48,364 nucleotides of DNA from Polyangia bacterium. GTDB lineage: Bacteria > Myxococcota_A > Polyangia > Palsa-1104 > JAEUJZ01. A model generated the notes under the pieces. It worked only from the letters and a program-made list of their open reading frames with translations. It did no database searches and had not been told where the DNA came from. Position 1 is the stretch's first letter. The number at the start of each line of letters is the position of its first letter. The stretch spans positions 78,725-127,088 of the forward strand of contig JBGAUT010000014.1 of NCBI GenBank assembly GCA_044228505.1, in the 5' to 3' direction. Positions 44,789 through 48,364 of this stretch are shown piece after piece. The position numbers were made by a program, and so were the translations under genes.

Positions 44789-47050
44789 CTACGAGGCCTC
44801 CTGCGCCGTGCGGGGTAGTACCTGATGACGCAGCCAGCGCCATCCCAGGGCGGGTCCAAGTCGCAGCGCAATCGCTCTCAGGAGAGGAGCGCTCGACTGT
44901 CCGTAGGTGGCATAGCCTTGCCAGACTCGCCGCCACGAGTCCGCGACCACTGAGGAATCCGCATGGAGCCCCAGATCGTCCAGATATAGCTGGATGGCCT
45001 GAACCGACCACGCCGTGTGACCGGAGGCTCCGTTATCAATCGTGTTGTGAAGCACAAAGAAGTACGGATCGATCTGATGATGGCGCAGAAGCACTGCAGC
45101 GCGATCGTACATACGTCCGACGCCCGCCATCTCAATCGCCAAATTCAGTCCGAGCAGTTCTGGAAGGAGAGTCCTGCTATGCAGTGAAAATGCGAGCCAC
45201 AGCACTGGTGTCGAAAAGGACTCCGTAAGGAATCCTGCATGACGCACAAACTCCTCGCTATCACAGTCAGGCAGTGCGACCCCTTCCTCTGCAAGAACCC
45301 TTCGCATGATGTTGCCGTGATGCTGATGAGCAATACCGGCGCCCAGCTCATCACGATAAATCCGGAACAGCAACGTCGACACCGCAGAGTGGTAGCAGGC
45401 CGGCACCGTCATTCCCTGCAGCCAGGCCCCATCAATGAGTGCGGCGGGTGCCAACTGCTGAAGCAGCCAGAGCACTTCTTCTCGACGCAGATATCGCTCG
45501 ACTCCCATGTGGCCATCCGCGGGATCCTCACCGCCAAACACCTGCTCGTGAAGTCGGTCGTTCACCCACTTTGAGAGCAGCTCGGCAGACCACGGCCACA
45601 GACCTTGTTTGCGCAGCGTGTCCACTTTGCCGGCAGACATCACCTCACGAAGGCGATCTTTGAGATAGCGATGAGCCAAGTCCATCGTATCCGATTGCTG
45701 CCCCTCACATAGGAATCGATGATAAAGGACTGGCAGTGCAGGAGTCGGCATCGCCCGAATCTGCGTTCGGGGCCGATCATCGTCGAGATCTAATGTGCCC
45801 AAATACCTACTGTCCGGTGATACCGAAATCACCTTCTGGCACTCGCTAGGAGATGAATCTCGCTGCGGAAGAGACCCAATCCAGTCTCGCATGACCGTCA
45901 GCTCGCGGTCATCGAACACTCCGAACATCGGCCCACCAAACTGTGTGGACCGATTGAGAATCGGGCTTCGTTCCGGTTGTCCGGGCACCACCCAGCTAGA
46001 CTGAGCCAGCGCTGTCAAAAATCCTGATAGATCAGGCTTTTCGGGGTCAAACCACGTGTCTAACGAACGCCCTTTGAGCATTACTCGCCGATGAAAACCA
46101 AACCCATGCTGCAGCTTGCTTCCAATGAGCTGGAGCATCGCCTGCTCGTGGGTCAGCACCTGCTTGGGAGCAAGAGACGCAAGCCAGATCCGACGCTGTT
46201 CGCGTAGTGCGAGCGCACCGCTTACAACCCGAGACCAGTGCGGCGTGGCAAGCTCTGCATAGGCCCGAAGACTCCGCTTTGCCAACTGCTCCGCCTGCAG
46301 CTGCGGCGCAGAGCCTGGACGATGTACGGCAAGAAAGGGACTCTCCGTTGAACCAACTGCAGCTTCACGTACGACGTGCGGCGGCCCCCAGCAGGTCAGC
46401 GCGGCATGAAATCCAAGAAGCTCCGGTAGACACTCTTCACCGGTTCTTCCCATTCTCAGTCCAAGTAACGCCAGCTCGAAGTCCTCCTCACAAAATCGCT
46501 CATCCAGCACAAACGAACGGCTGGTCGGTACACGAACAGAGAGTCCCAGCGCAGCCAGCCAGGTTCGATACAGGGTACCGTGGTGACAGTTGGCATCGCC
46601 TGTTCCACACTCAAGGAAGAAGCTATCCAAAAGAATCTCACCGAGCACAGAGTGCGTTCTACGAACCTGCACGCGGCTCGTCAGCCAGCAGCCCTCCAGG
46701 AGGGCGGTGGGAGCATATCCGAGCAAGATCCGACTGACATCCACCGTATCAGGCACTGCCGACTCAGCTCGGCTTTCATCCAGCGCGACAATTCGATCCC
46801 ACACCGCTTCCGGACCATCCTCAGACTCCGGCACGGCGGACAAGGAGTCCGACTCAGCCGACACGAAACGGAGCGAGCTAGAGCTCCGATCCAGTCCGTG
46901 CAGCAACCGATAATATTCAGATCGTGCGCTTCTTTTTTTGCCAGACCCCCCCAAGCTTGGCTCCCCCAGTTGCCGTGCTCGCGGCGTGTCGATCAGGACG
47001 CAAGCAGCCTGCCTGTCGATGCTCTCAGCCGATCGTGCTTGGAAGTCCAA
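44789..47050 (-). CDS. Tandem fusion of two heme-oxygenase-like diiron (HDO / iron-containing redox enzyme, PF14518-type) domains in one 753-aa polypeptide
   Basis: Both halves carry the family hallmark E-x-G-x-G-x4-H(H)-x2-L/I-x-R-x-x-L-x-x-x-G-L/V: LECGTGDANCHHGTLYRTWLAALGL (N-half) and DELGAGIAHQHHGNIMRRVLAEEGV (C-half). It is the first gene of the 5-gene operon. Confidence 0.55.
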   Translation of the reverse strand: MDFQARSAESIDRQAACVLIDTPRARQLGEPSLGGSGKKRSARSEYYRLLHGLDRSSSSLRFVSAESDSLSAVPESEDGPEAVWDRIVALDESRAESAVPDTVDVSRILLGYAPTALLEGCWLTSRVQVRRTHSVLGEILLDSFFLECGTGDANCHHGTLYRTWLAALGLSVRVPTSRSFVLDERFCEEDFELALLGLRMGRTGEECLPELLGFHAALTCWGPPHVVREAAVGSTESPFLAVHRPGSAPQLQAEQLAKRSLRAYAELATPHWSRVVSGALALREQRRIWLASLAPKQVLTHEQAMLQLIGSKLQHGFGFHRRVMLKGRSLDTWFDPEKPDLSGFLTALAQSSWVVPGQPERSPILNRSTQFGGPMFGVFDDRELTVMRDWIGSLPQRDSSPSECQKVISVSPDSRYLGTLDLDDDRPRTQIRAMPTPALPVLYHRFLCEGQQSDTMDLAHRYLKDRLREVMSAGKVDTLRKQGLWPWSAELLSKWVNDRLHEQVFGGEDPADGHMGVERYLRREEVLWLLQQLAPAALIDGAWLQGMTVPACYHSAVSTLLFRIYRDELGAGIAHQHHGNIMRRVLAEEGVALPDCDSEEFVRHAGFLTESFSTPVLWLAFSLHSRTLLPELLGLNLAIEMAGVGRMYDRAAVLLRHHQIDPYFFVLHNTIDNGASGHTAWSVQAIQLYLDDLGLHADSSVVADSWRRVWQGYATYGQSSAPLLRAIALRLGPALGWRWLRHQVLPRTAQEAS

Positions 47051-47229
47051 CCTCTGTCACGGAATTTCTGGATATCACCAGAGTTCCGTACCGTTAGGCA
47101 CGTGCAGCGAAGGTAGGTTTGGGGTCGTTCTTACTTGTCGGAAAAGGGGGTCATCTGTAGGCTGGCAGGCACCAAGCAACGTGTCATCTGTCCAGCCACA
47201 TCGCCCGGTCATTCCTCTCATTTCCGACG

Positions 47230-47370
47230 ATGAGGAATGAGCCATCGACGCTCCTCCGAGTCGCATTCTGTTCACAGGGATCTCAAGCCCGATAAGATCG
47301 AGCACGCCGAGAAGCTCAGCAGAGACTTCCTACCGCCGTCTGAAAATCGTCGGGAAGTCTGCGAATGAGA
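47230..47370 (+). pseudogene. Decayed kinase remnant: a 46-codon ORF MSHRRSSESHSVHRDLKPDKIEHAEKLSRDF... containing a catalytic-loop motif (HRDLKPDKI) and a collapsed DFG region
   Basis: HRDLKP is encoded in-frame beginning at the right copy of the 11-bp repeat (47269-47279). There are no upstream subdomains I-V, and the frame stops after 30 codons. Confidence 0.45.
47269..47279 (+). repeat. Right copy of the 11-bp direct repeat TGTTCACAGGG (codons V-H-R of the kinase remnant)
   Basis: Identical to 34310-34320. Both copies use the rare AGG Arg codon. Confidence 0.5.
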
Positions 47371-47665
47371 CTGGTCCGCAATCGACTGTGTCCAGGCACT
47401 TGGGGAAACGATCCAACCAACGCTGAGTGACCCAAACGACGTGGATACTAGAATCACATTTGGTCGTGACCGCGATGGTTCGCTTGTGGCTATACTGATT
47501 CCTGTTACGTTTGAGACGTTTCGAGTCGAATTCAGCGCCATCTGGCTCCCATCTTCTGCTGATTTCCGTCAGGAGTGTTTGCCAAGCAGCGGAAGACTAT
47601 CGACTCACGATCGATCGTCCTTCACCGGAAGATGAATCCGGTGCTGTTGTGGGAGGCGCATCCAG

Positions 47666-48364
47666 ATGGTTCAGGTAGGCGACAAGATCGGCAACTATCA
47701 GGTGGTCCGCAGCCTCGGCAGCGGTGCCATGGGCACAGTGTACGAAGCGCAACATGATCAGATCAAGTCGCGTGTTGCCATCAAGATTCTACATCCTCAC
47801 TTCGCGCAGCATAGCAGCCTGCGGGGTCGGTTCTTTCAGGAGGCCTACACCGCCAATCGCGTCAACCACCCCGGTGTCGTCACTGTATTTGATCATGGGC
47901 AAGTGGGGGATTCCGCCTACATCATCATGGAGTACCTGGCCGGTGAAACGTTGCACGCTAGGATGCGGCGCGGTGGCAAGCGGCTTGAGCACAACACTGC
48001 GCTTCGTCTGCTTCGACAAATTGCCTGGATCTGCTCTGCTGCTCATCAAAAATCGATCGTTCATCGAGACTTGAAGCCCGAGAATCTGATGGTGATCTCC
48101 GATCCGTTCACTTATGGCGGAGAGAGGGTGAAAGTTCTCGACTTTGGAATCGCCAAGCTGCTCGATCAAGTACGACCCACTGGGCATTCCCAGGGGCTCT
48201 TTGGGACTCCAATGTATATGGCACCTGAAGCTTGGGAGGGCACCCAAAATATCGATCAGTCTGCCGATGTTTACTCGCTTGGGGTCATTGCCTACGAGCT
48301 GTTTTCCGGAGCCCCCCCGTATGAGGACGTGGAAGACAACATTTCTCGGTGGCAGGAGCAGCAC
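47666..48364 (+). CDS. Ser/Thr protein kinase (Hanks type), 3'-partial: N-terminal catalytic domain through subdomain IX
   Basis: My own translation from ATG 47666: MVQVGDKIGNYQVVRSLGSGAMGTVYEA...VAIKIL...IVHRDLKPENLMV...DFGIAKL...GTPMYMAPE...SADVYSLGVIAYEL. It is absent from the ORF track because there is no stop in the window. Confidence 0.9.
   Translation, partial: MVQVGDKIGNYQVVRSLGSGAMGTVYEAQHDQIKSRVAIKILHPHFAQHSSLRGRFFQEAYTANRVNHPGVVTVFDHGQVGDSAYIIMEYLAGETLHARMRRGGKRLEHNTALRLLRQIAWICSAAHQKSIVHRDLKPENLMVISDPFTYGGERVKVLDFGIAKLLDQVRPTGHSQGLFGTPMYMAPEAWEGTQNIDQSADVYSLGVIAYELFSGAPPYEDVEDNISRWQEQH

Larger units (their letters stand above)
34321..47268. other. ~12.9-kb segment lying between the two complementary kinase fragments. 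Candidate inserted island carrying the phospholipase/CPBP pair and the oxidative biosynthetic operon. No transposase or integrase is recognisable.
   Basis: Bounded by the 11-bp direct repeat. Kinase homology ends exactly at the left copy and resumes exactly at the right copy. Confidence 0.4.

Noticed and set aside
47100-47268. Possible additional kinase subdomain (IARSFLSF...LLRVAF) in a different frame just upstream of the HRDLKP remnant
   Set aside because: The resemblance is weak and short, and it conflicts with the insertion-junction model. I cannot distinguish it from chance by eye.
47051-47665. Small ORFs 47075..47305(-) and 47272..47541(-) in the 600-bp gap between the HDO-fusion gene and the intact kinase
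   Set aside because: They overlap the kinase-remnant frame, have no recognisable features, and are probably non-coding promoter or remnant DNA.

Overview
High-GC (~60%) bacterial window, most consistent with a Myxococcota-type genome. Supporting this are Myxococcus cysteine-rich repeats (TIGR02232), MopE-like Cys motifs, and Ser/Thr kinases. Rare-codon use points the same way. The window splits into three parts. (1) Coordinates ~4.0-30.4 kb hold a single co-directional minus-strand operon encoding a type VI secretion system. The order is a 173-aa and an 1113-aa Ala/Lys-rich helical protein, then a CarboxypepD_reg-repeat protein, then tssJ-tssK-tssL, a TPR membrane protein, a PBP-type lipoprotein, then tssM-tssA-tssB-tssC-hcp-tssE-tssF-tssG-vgrG. 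A translationally coupled cargo module follows vgrG: a MORN-repeat protein, a DUF4280 PAAR-like protein, and a 308-aa coiled-coil protein with no recognisable toxin domain. No ClpV/TssH, Fha or PpkA homologue is in the window. Downstream lies a giant (>1300 aa) Cys-rich repeat lipoprotein that runs off the 5' edge. (2) Coordinates 30.6-33.7 kb hold a divergent plus-strand pair: a PEGA-domain protein and an OmpA-family protein with thrombospondin-type-3 repeats and a Pro-rich tail. (3) A ~12.9-kb segment (34.3-47.3 kb) sits between two complementary fragments of a Ser/Thr kinase gene. The 5' half ends at the ...IVHR codons and a remnant starts at VHRDLKP; the same 11-bp sequence occurs at both junctions. 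Inside the segment are a secreted beta-helix protein with a C-terminal Myxo Cys repeat, a Zn-dependent phospholipase-C-like gene followed by a CPBP (Abi) intramembrane protease, and a tightly packed five-gene minus-strand operon. That operon encodes a tandem fusion of two heme-oxygenase-like diiron (HDO) domains, an AsnB-like amidotransferase, an AurF-like diiron N-oxygenase, a PLD-family membrane protein and a DUF4091-like lipoprotein. It looks like an undescribed nitrogen-oxidising small-molecule pathway. An intact Ser/Thr kinase begins at 47666 and runs off the 3' edge. I found no rRNA, tRNA or CRISPR array. Coordinates of features I derived by hand may be off by 1-3 nt.
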